Shown here: piece by piece, positions 26,628-36,847 of the stretch | Position numbering within the stretch: the first letter of the stretch is position 1 | How the letters are laid out: every line of letters begins with the position of its first letter | NCBI GenBank assembly: GCA_021432655.1 | Contig: MU271402.1 | Coordinates: 1 to 64,000, forward strand | Source of the DNA: Atractiella rhizophila | Lineage: Eukaryota | DNA length: 64,000 nucleotides | Direction of reading: 5' to 3' | Notes under the pieces: model-generated | Database searches by the model: none | What the model saw: only the letters and a program-made list of their open reading frames with translations | What the model was told of the DNA's origin: nothing | Position numbers and translations under genes: made by a program

Positions 26628-27860
26628 ATGTCCCCATCACTTCCTCCCGAGCTACTCTCTCACATGTTCCTCCTCATCCTTCCGTATTGCCATTCTCAAT
26701 CACACCTTTCCTCCAACTCAGGATTAGAAGACTTCACTGGCCCCTCGTCTTTCTCTCTCGCCGTAGGCGTATACGCGAGGTCTCTCTCGAACTGCGCGCT
26801 AGTTTGTGCAAGTTGGCGTGACCCGGCGCAGAGGTTACTTATGGGATTGGAGCGGCAAGTTCGGTTCGATCCAAGGATGGGACTGGGAGAGAGACAGATG
26901 CTGTTGCCCGCGACCTGGATAAGGGAGGTCGTGGTCAAATCTGTCACAGACGTAGAAATGCTGGAGCGAGCGGGAGTGAGATGGACCAAGTGCCGTCTGA
27001 ACAATCGATACGCGTCGCCCGAAGAGTTTTCCTTTGCCAAACTCGGCGACGTCGTTGAGCGATCCAAACCGCATGAGACAGGGAAGAGAGAGTTGGACGT
27101 TGCGGTTCCGTTCTATTATCTATCGTCACCTTACGGCGCTTGGTGCGCAGAATCTGAAAGCGCTGGTCTGGCAAGGGTGGCAGCCAGCGTTGGAGTGTTG
27201 GCCTTGAGCATGACTTGGACCATTGCCTTCTCGGCGTACTCGACCCTCTTCGACAGTTCTTTCCTCCACGCGCGTTCGATCAGCCTCCACACCTTCCACC
27301 TGAGTGCCGATGAAAAGCTCTACCTCCCCCCTCTATCTTATTTCTCCACGATGACCAAGACGATAAGACACCTGTCCCTGTCCTCACTTGACTTCAACAT
27401 CATCGAACCCCTTTCCGTACTATCTCCACACCTCGAGTCCTTTGCATTCAATCATGGCGCCAGCCTACTCGACGTGCCAAACAAGATATTCGAAGATTGC
27501 AGTTTTAACGCACTGAAAAAACTGTCGATCAGAGGGCCTGGCTTTGTACGGCGCGATTTTGGAAAGGAAGATGAGAAAGTCAGATTTTTCGACAGTCTTC
27601 CTATGGGGATAGAAAGGTTTGAGGTGTCTGCTGCTCCGGGAGGCGACATCGACGTTGTGGTGGATTTGATGCTGCGACGGATGCCACAGTGGGGGCGACT
27701 GACATGGTTGAAGCTGCCCATCCAAAGGGCCGAACTCGTACTGGCATCTGAAGGGAGAGGGCAGCAGTTGAGCCTCCTTTGTGAGGCAAAAGGTGTATGG
27801 ATGGAATTCGATCCGCCCAGAGAGATGCAGCACTCGACGAACTTGTCGCATTCGTTGTAA
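26628..27860 (+). CDS. F-box / RNI-like (LRR) protein, intronless
   Basis: MSPSLPPELLSHMF...LSNCALVCASWRDPAQRLL, LRR-like segments (IRHLSLSSL, LKKLSIRG, LTWLKL), ending LLCEAKGVWMEF. Confidence 0.8.
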   Translation: MSPSLPPELLSHMFLLILPYCHSQSHLSSNSGLEDFTGPSSFSLAVGVYARSLSNCALVCASWRDPAQRLLMGLERQVRFDPRMGLGERQMLLPATWIREVVVKSVTDVEMLERAGVRWTKCRLNNRYASPEEFSFAKLGDVVERSKPHETGKRELDVAVPFYYLSSPYGAWCAESESAGLARVAASVGVLALSMTWTIAFSAYSTLFDSSFLHARSISLHTFHLSADEKLYLPPLSYFSTMTKTIRHLSLSSLDFNIIEPLSVLSPHLESFAFNHGASLLDVPNKIFEDCSFNALKKLSIRGPGFVRRDFGKEDEKVRFFDSLPMGIERFEVSAAPGGDIDVVVDLMLRRMPQWGRLTWLKLPIQRAELVLASEGRGQQLSLLCEAKGVWMEFDPPREMQHSTNLSHSL

Positions 27861-27879
27861 TCAAGTTTGATGGGAATAC

Positions 27880-28681
27880 AATGCACTGTCTGCTGGTTGC
27901 TTGACTATGCTAGGAAAGTGCTCGAATGGGTGGAATTTTGTAGGTGAAATTGACAACTCTTGTAGCTCAGGGGGAGAGAAGACGAGGTTTCGGGTTGCAG
28001 GAATGGTAGATTCTTCGGTCGATGACTCAGGGGTCGCCGGCGGTGGTCGAGGCCAGGAGAGTGTAGCCTTCTCTAGCGCAGGTTCTTTCGTTGCCTCTAC
28101 TAAGCTTTTCCCGCCGATCTTCGGAGAGTTTGGTGTAGTTGTTTCTTGGGGAGCAATCTAGAAGTCAGTAACGAAGTAGAGCGGAGGAGTAGAAGTGTCG
28201 GCTAATAACAAGCGACCGAAGAGTGACTCTTCGTTGAGCTAGGATTCTATTTCCAATTGCCGGCATGACGAATGCTCCAAAGACGACCTGCACTACAATC
28301 CTGGCGGAAGGCACGTCGTTCTCTTCTCCTATTCCTTCCACCACTACTCTCTACCCTTCCCTCGCCGCAGGGACATCCTAATCCACCATCGTTCCTTCTG
28401 CTGCAACGCTTATGGTTCCCCTTCCTCGCCTTTCTTAGCTGACTTTCCTTTTCTACTTTCTCTCAGGCTTTCCGTTCTCTTCGTCGATAATAGCTTCTTC
28501 TTTTGTTGGACCTCCTTGGTGGCTTCCTTCTCTTCTCATCACCGGCTGAACCACCGCACTCCTCTGACTTCCTAGAATGGCAGAGACTACCTCAACCTAA
28601 CTGCCTTCTCGTCTTCTACTCCGACCTCTCTCTTGCTTCCCGTTCCCGACGTCTTCGTGCTGATCCATATCCTGCTACTCC
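27880..28681. other. Mirror-image block 1 (reversed without complementation); left boundary approximate (~27860-27890)
   Basis: The unreversed complement, read left to right, encodes the Vms1/ANKZF1 C-terminus. Confidence 0.9.
27891..28679. CDS. VMS1: Vms1/ANKZF1 C-terminal half, mirror-encoded (complement read left to right)
   Basis: TTNELIRSFHELTHLK (end of VLRF1 domain), EMIRKGRLEA, ankyrin SLLHLASSSSQPIIVRWLLTEKQLDP...GRTAYEV...VRTAFRAAR, and VIM GLTEEQKMRLERERRARAAEARL, then GIGR*. One in-frame TGA at ~28455, consistent with local indel errors. Confidence 0.88.
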
Positions 28682-28706
28682 NNNNNNNNNNNNNNNNNNN
28701 NNNNNN
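28682..28706. other. Assembly gap (25 N)
   Basis: Run of 25 n. Confidence 1.
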
Positions 28707-29617
28707 AGACCTCTACGTCTACGCGAAGAAGTTTGCTGATCGACCATGCAGCAGAGTTGGTAGTGAGCTGATCAGGGTTAATAAGGACAAGTCGCCAGCC
28801 AAGGCGCGTACTTTGTAAGACTCGCACTGGAGTGACTTAGTCTACCCTACAGAGAAAGACGAGGACCGTTTTCGCTGGTGAAGAAAGGCAGAGGAGGGGA
28901 GAGCGTATGGGTCGTTTAACCTTCTATCCTGCCTTCACCTTTTCCTCCACCGACTCCAGAACTTGCTCTTTTAAGTCCAGAAGCGGTCTGTCAAGTACCT
29001 GCAACCTCTCTTTGAGCGTCAAGAACGAAAACTTACAGGCTGTAATTGCTCCAACCACAAAGAGCCCTTAGTACCCCACGGAAGATTACTAAGCTTTATC
29101 GGACGGCCTATTATGGTAATAAAAGTAGTGGACGCGGTGAGAGAAGTGGTAGTTTTAATTAAAGAAGAAAATGTCTGCGCTAGCCAACTTCTGACTGCTG
29201 AATGCAAAATACATGCTAAGTTACGGAGACAAAAAGTGGCTTGTGATTGCAACTCATAGCGTCACTTTGCAAAGTGACAGTTCTTCTTTAAGATCTCTCG
29301 GAGACGTTGTTCAACCGGCGTCGTCGGAGAGTTGCAAGGCTTGCCGACGAGTACGCCACAAGTGCAGAGTAAGCTCCGTACGATGTCGATACCTCCCTTG
29401 CTCTTAGCTAGTAGTTTCTCTACGTACTTCGGGCACTAGTTAGGTTGTAAAGACTCCGACGTTGCTGTTTACACCTAGGGAAGGAGTCGCGAATGAAACT
29501 AAAGAGGAAGCGAAAGGGCCCCGAGTACCTAGTCCCAAAGTGAGGTCATTGCTCTTGTAGTGCCTACACCTCAACTACGTTGACCTTAGCTAAAACTCAC
29601 GCGGTGGTAGTTCAACT
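28707..29617. CDS. 3' half of the Zn2Cys6 transcription factor, mirror-encoded (complement read left to right)
   Basis: LEMQMRFFKRLA...EVAEVLNEKIQVFARQFMDVGEKLA...LPDNTIIFITCATLFTIK...RCSRLIRGMLQLWRE...DPFLSAYFDFSF. Introns GTACGT..CAG, GTTGGT..TAG and GTACGA..CTAAC..CAG. One or two indels; the stop is at ~29575 or 29617. Confidence 0.8.
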
Positions 29618-30007
29618 TTAAACAGTTCGAATGTACAAGGCATTGGTGTAGGACTGTCGAAACTAAAAGGGACGAACTAAAAATTCGTGTGTTTGCCACA
29701 ACCAACACCAGTTCGAGTGCATAGAAGACTAAGAGTATCGTCTCTCGCTTGTAACTCCCTTATTATAATGTAACAACAATGTGATTACGCGTACGTTGTT
29801 CATTTTCCCTTTGATATACGCTAAACCACATCAAAAAGACTAAGAAGATCTAAATAAGGGAGCAACACAACAAATAGTTTTGTTCGAAACGTGCAGCTTA
29901 TATAAGCTTATACTCATATTATGTAAATGGGAGGTTTAAAAGGTTAAGTAATTATGAGCTTTAGGAAGGTATTACTACTAGAACCACGACTTAAAGTACG
30001 ACGCTTA

Positions 30008-31650
30008 AGTTTTGAAAGCATGGGGAAGGGGTATTCCTCCTTATATCTGGTGTTACGTTCGCCGCTGTGACAACGGGTACAGTCGGGGCAGCGATTGAAG
30101 TCTACCTAAAGTGCTTGATCACCATCTTTCATAACATCACCAACGGTATTATTCGATGCATCCAGGGTGGGATGCATTCTTAATCATCGGGTAGCTGATA
30201 CTTGTAGCTTTCCTCCATGGGCTTGTTTCACGAAACCGAAAACTGGACCTCTTTATGTCTAACCGTGTAATATTTGTCCCTACTTTACTGCGTGTGGTTT
30301 GGTGCAGACGCAGCTTAGAGTAAGGGCGAAGAAAGTTCCTCGCGCAGCAACTGAGAAGCAGCGGCTGAACTAGGAGGAGGGGTCGTTCCTTTCACGGAGG
30401 TTACTCGTTAAATGGTGCCACACACAGTCCGGTTTTAAATAGGTTCCCAAGAACCAGGGTTTGCAGCAGTAGTATAAGGCTCCGGAGCAGTAGTATAAGG
30501 TTCCGGAGCAGTAGTATTAGAAGACAAAGTATTTGGCGAACTTAAAACTTAGACTCCAACTCCTTACTCTCCTGCAACATATTGTTAGCTAGTGCGGGAA
30601 ACTCCGCTGATCCCTCCAGCCCAAGCAAGGGAAGAGCCAGTTGTCCTATAGATACAAGGAAAGTCAGGCTTAAAGGGTAGACAGAGCTCCTTTACAACCG
30701 AGTGGATATTACGTATCGGGTACTGTTGCAGGGGGGTGAGGATTTCTTCCTAAGCAGCGCGTTTCGCGAGAACTCTCGCCGGTTTTCACCATGACGGCTT
30801 TATAACTGAAAAAGAGCTCCGGTAAGGAGGAAAGGGAAACTTCTTCGCTCCTTCTACAGTATTCGCTACCACTCCGCCATTGGTCTTCAGTGCCGGAACT
30901 GGAGCACGACCTATAGCAACATTTCCTTCTGGGTTGTCTGAAAGGGACTCCGTGTTAGGAGAAGGGTAGAGTTTCAGACGTACAGCAGTAGAAGGGGTTG
31001 CTCGTTAAGAGGAGGAAACTTTTAGCTACCATCTGTTTGCTGATAACAGGGCTCTACGACTAGCGAAAACCCCCATAGCACCACTCCAAACCTCTTTGGT
31101 GGATAGAGATTTGATACTCGCTGTAAAGTCTCAGGTCCTTATGCTTGGTCAGCCCATTGACAAACGAAACATCTCAAATCGCATTTAGAAAGCTAGGAGA
31201 AGTGGCAGAGGTCCTCTCTAATACTTTAGCAACTCCCGAACATCCTGAGGTCAGAGGAGCATTTCTCCCAGTTTCAAGTCTTCTTTTTGGCCGGCAAATT
31301 TGAGGGAGTTTTCAGGGTGACTTAGTAGTATCTGACAAAGTAGGAGAGGAGGTACCCCTCTTTGCCGCCGTCTCAATACCTTACGTCGCTCTAGAAGAAG
31401 TAGTATGCGACCTTACCAGTTTTAGGACAATGATCAACGCAATGATACTGTACATGGACTCCAGTTTCCTTACTGGGGTGAAACGTCAAAAAGGAACTCC
31501 ACAGAGGGACATCTTATAGCTCCGTACGAGGTCCAGATGTAGTCGATCGACTATCGAGGGTGTATCCTTTCTGTGAAACCGAAGAAAGCAGTCGAGTCGC
31601 AACTACCGGAGCTAAGCAAATCAAAGACGAACTGATCGACGTCGTGCGTA
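30008..31650. CDS. 2OG-Fe(II) oxygenase (fungal prolyl-4-hydroxylase-like family), mirror-encoded (+ strand read right to left without complementing)
   Basis: MRAAASQAE...AKLYKANSYPT-GGFSKPHHDTPKSDQHLGTIVVCLPSIFKGGELLV...WVFLYNDIQHEVKAVTSGYRLTIAYDIF...LKGRD...YYGN...IPPYGEGVRKF*. HxD...H triad and 2OG-binding Arg present; ~6 GT-AG introns. Confidence 0.92.
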
Positions 31651-32280
31651 CTACGAAGAGAGAGCACTTAAAACGCGACTTAAAACGTTGTTAGAACGAG
31701 CACCCTGGGGGAAATTATTTGAACTTGCCTAGATTAGGAACTGATATAGACTGACGTGCTGAAACTGAACTGAAACTACGGACAGACGGCTTACGGCTTT
31801 CCATAGTTAAAGCGTCTACTCTTCGTTTCGGACTAGTATTTCTTCATGTTGCTATCCTATTCGCATTTCTTAACAATACAAGTTTCGTCTATTGCCGGAC
31901 TGATAGTTTCAAGGAAATGTCTCCCGAACGAAGAACTAAACGTTGTTACCAGTAAAAACCAAGGATAGGATGAGTCGCGACAAGCTTCGGACATCGCATA
32001 GGGACAACCAATACCTCTTGTACCTCTTGAAAGTTCGTCTAGTTTTAGTTAGTCTAAATTGCGACATCCTAGTTAGTTACAGGGTTAACCCTGTCCAGGC
32101 TTCGCTAAACTCGTTATTGCAACTACGACACTACGACACCTAAGGATCAGTCTTTCTTACATTCACCAGGTGAGCTCAGTGCACCTCGTACACTTTCCGA
32201 CTACTTAGCTCGAGTGACGTGAGTTTTTGCTGCCTAGTCGGTATAAGGCCAGTATTTTAACAACATGATATAATAATAAG

Positions 32281-32706
32281 TACCGTAGGCCCATGTAGAA
32301 GTGCGAAGGTGAGCTAAAGAATGTTAGAGAGCAGGGCGCTAGCTTACTACCTAGAAAAGGACGGTGACTGGTTGTTTGGAACTGAAGTCTGAGTCTCTGA
32401 CTGCTTCTAAACCACCAACCTCCCCGAGGCTTCGAAAACTGAACACGACACACGCGACACTTCCGGAAATCCTCGCACCTCCTTGTCTCCCTCGTAACCT
32501 CCTCGCTAACCGTATCCATATTAAACTTCTCCTTCCAACCTCCATCCCTCCCACACAGCCTCCTCTCTACCCTCCTTCCACTCGAAAGTACAAAACCAAC
32601 CTCTACAACACAACAATACCAGCTCCGCCCTTCTCTGGAAAACGAAAAGACTCGGCAGATCGGTAAAGTTCTAATACATTTGATGATTAAAGGACGGTAG
32701 TCGAGA
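32281..32706. CDS. VMS1: Vms1/ANKZF1 N-terminus with C2H2 zinc finger, mirror-encoded (complement read left to right)
   Basis: MASGYIFTLPLDFLQSL...LTCAVCAVKAFRSVEEQREHWRSDWHRYNLKRKVGG..GVSEERWEE, then intron GTGAGC...CTAAT...CAG (32579-32702). Confidence 0.9.
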
Positions 32707-34210
32707 ATTGATTTTGTGATGTCCCGGCTGATGGATTGTATAGACTCGACCGTGAGGTCGACTTCTTGCTTGTCGACTGCTGCCAAACACTCCAAAGTTA
32801 TTCGCAAATACAGCAATCTATTGCGGAGAATGTGGAAGGTGTTTTGCGGTAGAGAAAGTCTCGGCAGGACACCTTCTAGTCTCAAGATATCCTGTGTTCC
32901 ACAGGAATGTCCGTGCAGGATGCTCTGAAGAGCTTGGGCAGTACACACGTCCAACCACTAGATCGGCAAACCTGAACGGGCTTCCAACCGGACATGGAGA
33001 GGAAGGCTGACACACCAAAATAATCTTTTCCCTTTCTTTCTCTGCATTTTCCTCGCTCACCCCCTGTTGCAGCTCTAAGCGATCCAATCCAACCTGTTTG
33101 CACAAATTCGCCGCTGCATTGCGAAACACAGTGCCATCACTGAGTCCCGCTGGTGGTAATGCCGGATTGGCTGGGACCCATTCGGAGAGCAGGAGGAGAC
33201 CCTTTGCTGCAAATATCAGGAATGACGCCAAGAGCGTCAATGCACTTGCCTTGATGTTATCCAGAACCTCATCTAGTTTTAATGCAGACGGGTTTGCGCT
33301 GATTGCCTGAAAAGTACCTTGATTGACCAAAGAAGTGAGAAAGTTCGCCTCGGCAACGGTAAGGTTTGGACAGTGCTTGGATCCAAGTAATAGCCTAACA
33401 TTTTGGAGGAACTGTGACCTTTGTTCTCCTGGCAGTGGGCAAGGACGGTCCCACGGCGAGTATATATGCTGATACCTAAATTTTATTTAATAAGGAACAA
33501 CAGAGCATTGGCACACACATTTCTTCCCATTGCGCACATCGTTCAGCAGTAACAGGAGGAGTCACGCCGGGGACTGCTTGAATATCGCTCTCGCTATGGC
33601 ATTCGATGCTGATCAAAAGGCGGTTGAGGTGGAACGGGAAGTCGGACCAGTCGCGCAGCTCAGGTTTAGCACCTTCATATTCCTCGTCCTAGACATGGAT
33701 TATATTAATAGACATGCCATGGAATAAATGACTGTTACAAGAAGGCGTTGATATGTAGAATCCGTCCACAACGCGTCGACTAGAGCTTGACGACCTCCTA
33801 CAGTAAAAGTAACTTCCTTCTCCACAGAAGACGTAGCGACTGGTGCTGTTGATGGAGACTCAGAGTTGGATGGGATGTCCGATGGAGAGAGTAATGAGCA
33901 TGGGATAGTGAGTGTGAAACAGCGGTGACAGGCTTTGCTTATCGTAGCGCTGGGTTCACATCGAGCTTTCTGCTTTCTACCTATGCGACAATGGTTGTAG
34001 TCTATTTCTTTGGAATTTCGCAGAGATTACTTACATTGAACGCAGGCGCCGTGACGCTTGCGACAAATCAGCAACCAGGAGGCATTGGAGGCGAAAGGGA
34101 CGGACTTTGGTTCGCGGTCGCTTTGCTCCAAACGGAACCCTGCCTTCTGCAGCGAGAATGGCAGGGTCAGCAGTTCTCTTCTGCGGCTTCACACCTGCGC
34201 CTGTTTTCAT
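32707..34210 (-). CDS. Zn(II)2Cys6 fungal transcription factor, 5' half
   Basis: Spliced cluster ACVQ-CRKQKARCEPSATISKACHRCFTLTIPC (~33900-34056) and middle-homology-like KGLLLLSEWVP. The frame runs to ...SISRDITKSI at 32707 and continues in mirror block 2. Confidence 0.88.
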
Positions 34211-34650
34211 GCTGTCCTTCTTGCAAAGCCCTCTCACCTCTCGTGACTGTCAGCTTCGTCGCGATAAGGTTCGGAACGTTTTCCAAGTAACTTCGAGGTT
34301 AAGTCGAGGCGACGAGCGACAATCTTGCAGGTGAGCGTTGTCCATCTGGCCGTCCGATTGGAAATCAGCCTTCAAGTTGATAACTTGTAGGAAAACTGGG
34401 GGCAAGTGGCACCACTCAGAGGAGATGCGGGAAGGTTCGCATTCTCAGCGAGAAGAAGGAATATGAACTTGAATATCTGCCCCACTCCTTCAAATTGCTT
34501 TTGAGTCAAATGATCCTGCACTCCCTCATCCTTCATCCTTTTCGACGACGACGAAAAAGGCGGAAGGCACTTGGTGTGAAAGCAAAGGAAAATGTGAGTC
34601 TCCATTGACGACGATCTCGCAAAGATCCGTCAACTGAGAAGATGTGTTAG

Positions 34651-35154
34651 ATGACCTCTGTGCATATAGGACTTGTTGAATCCATTCCAGCGAGTTGCAC
34701 TCCTGGGCTTGCACTTCTCCCACACTTCATATCAGCCCTCGACAGTCTCGCGTCTTCCCCTCCCCCAGAGCTCTACGATCTCATCGCTCCTACAACATAC
34801 TTCAGCCTCAATGGCACTCGCATTCCCACTCCATTTCTAGAAAAGGCAGAAAAAGGCATGTTCCCTCAACGAGCTGCGAGGTTGAGCAAATTCTTTCACA
34901 CTCTCGAAAAAGCGTGGGATGTAGAAGAGGGAGAAGCGAGAAGAACTGTGTTTTCCATGAGCGAGAGTACGACAGTTTTCAAGGCGGATGAGAGCAGGGA
35001 AGAGGTGAAAGTCAAAGAGTTGTCTGCGATCGTTCTCGAGAGAAAGGTGGACGCCAAGTTCGGATGGGTTGTGGTGGAGATGATGAGTTGGTTCGATCCT
35101 GCTCCTGTTGCCAACAAGAAGAAATCTTTGGAGACAGCGGAAGTGAAGGAGTGA
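34651..35154 (+). CDS. Small NTF2/SnoaL-like fold protein
   Basis: Intronless 167 aa: FISALDSL..LIAPTTYFSLNG...RTVFSMSESTTVF...MMSWFDPAPV, a pattern typical of SnoaL-like proteins. Confidence 0.6.
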   Translation: MTSVHIGLVESIPASCTPGLALLPHFISALDSLASSPPPELYDLIAPTTYFSLNGTRIPTPFLEKAEKGMFPQRAARLSKFFHTLEKAWDVEEGEARRTVFSMSESTTVFKADESREEVKVKELSAIVLERKVDAKFGWVVVEMMSWFDPAPVANKKKSLETAEVKE

Positions 35155-35470
35155 GTTAGCAGGACAGATGAGAGAGGCACTGTACTCAAGCTTCGCTTCC
35201 ACACTTCTTCCTAGTTTTATGGCAATGAACATGTTAAGTCAATGATCACAAAAATGCGTTTCAGAGGACTCAGACCTGACAATGGGTGCTTGCTCTGGCT
35301 GTACAATGAGACAACACATGCTATTGACTGAGTAACACAACTAACACTATAGACAACTCTGTATTTATTTACTCTTGAGTCACATATTCATCACACCACG
35401 CTTGAAAGACGAATCAAACCTGCTGTTTACGACATAAAAAGACAGCCTCCCCTGAAGTCTATTGTTTTTA

Positions 35471-36847
35471 TTAATTCGTTGTCTTCTTTGCCTTTTTCCA
35501 CTCCTCGTAAGCTTCGCATACTTTCCTATTTTCCTTACTCCCCTTCTTCCATTGGGTCGTATTCTCCACAGCGCTTTCAATACCATCTTTCTTAACCATC
35601 TCCAACAGTTTCGTGGCATCGTCATCCCCCTCTACATCGAAGAGGTAGGCAGCCGCGATTCCCTTCAGAAGATGATCCACTCCTAGTCCTCGCTCGATGC
35701 ACATGTTGGCAGCACCAACCAATCTCTCGTTCGGGCTGAGTTTTCGGATCGGTTTCCTTCCGACGCGAGAAAGGTCGTCGTCGATGTGGGGATTCGCGAA
35801 ACGTTTGAGGGTGAGACGGATGTACGAAGCATGTTCGTCGGCTGAGAACTTGTGTTTCGCCTTCAAGCCTTCGCCAGACTCTGTGATGGCTGCTTCGACT
35901 AGAGAACGGATTGAGGAATCTGAAATGGAGTGTTGGGTATCGTGATAGCCTTTGATATGGCCGACATAGGCTATTGAACATCTTGGTCAGAACTCATTTC
36001 ATACACAGATTGCAGGATGAGATGCAGAAATATCTTGTTAACACTGAAGTGATGTAGGAAAGAGACGTACCAAGAATGGCATGCCCACAGTTCAGTGTGA
36101 ACAACTTCCTCTCCAGATACGGTTCGATATCATCCTGAACATTCATGCCCTCCACATGCACCCTGCCTTTGATTTTATTTTTCTCCACGATCCACTCATA
36201 AAACTTCTCAACTTCAACGACCAGCTTATCATCAACATGTTCGTCGCTCGATTTCCTCGAAGAGGAAGTAGGAGGCACGATTCGATCCACTTCACAGGAG
36301 GCGAATCCGATCTTGTTCTTCACGTACTCCTTCAACTTGTCCTCTTCAAGGTGAGCAAATACCAGCTTTTCAAGTTCACGAGTACCGAAGACCATATTCT
36401 CGCAGGCGATCACCGTGGCTTCCTTCTCTACCTTCTTCTCAAACCTCCGTTTCAAGCCATTCGCGATCGTCGGTGCCACCTTGCAGAGAATTTCTGGTCC
36501 AACGCTCGTCGTGATAATGTCCGCCTTCGCTATTTCTTCAAGGACGGAGGGATCGGATGTGAGCAATCCAGAGAAGTCGAACACCTTGTCCTCAATGGGA
36601 GCGGTCGCGAGCAGCTCGACTCGATACCAGTCCTGCTCGTTCAACGCATCGATGAGGGGTTCAGCAACGTCGACGAAGGTAACATGGTATCCTGATGAAG
36701 AGAGGAGGGGGCCAATAAAACCTCGTCCACTATTGCATTTAATAATGAAAATAGGATAATGAGACAAGAAGGAGAGAAAAAGGCGTACATATTGCCAGCT
36801 CCAAAGTGGACTGCGATTTTATCGTTGTGGATACCATTGGAAGCCAT
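35471..36847 (-). CDS. mtlD: Mannitol-1-phosphate 5-dehydrogenase (MtlD type)
   Basis: AVHFGAGN-GRGFIG, ADIITTSVGP, VIACENM, VDRIVP, VEKFYEW, ERKLFTLNCGHA, RFANPHIDDDLSRVGRKPIRKLSPNERL. Confidence 0.95.

Larger units (their letters stand above)
28707..32706. other. Mirror-image block 2 (reversed without complementation)
   Basis: Six-frame ORF desert, yet backwards or complement reading gives three spliced coding regions with GT-AG introns. Confidence 0.95.

Noticed and set aside
27861..29407. Listed ORFs 27901-28161, 28503-28818, 29019-29407 and a minus-strand IAPQETTT.. frame
   Set aside because: These are chance frames within mirrored sequence; the complement reading matches Vms1 and the TF.
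28707..32200. RIP-degraded or centromeric transposon relic explaining the ORF desert
   Set aside because: The stop-codon richness is explained by mirrored coding sequence. No RT, integrase or transposase motifs appear in the decoded frames.
27880..32706. Mirror DNA as a genuine biological encoding system or true inversion
   Set aside because: It abuts an assembly gap on both sides, carries indel errors and breaks conserved genes that are restored by simple reversal. No known mechanism yields reversal without complementation.
32205..32706. C-terminal part of ORF 32205-32954 and ORF 32364-32666
   Set aside because: They run into the mirrored block; only the portion from 32707 upward is real.
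30008..36847. Secondary-metabolite cluster (oxygenase + TF + SnoaL-like)
   Set aside because: No backbone synthase or transporter nearby, and the neighbours are housekeeping genes.
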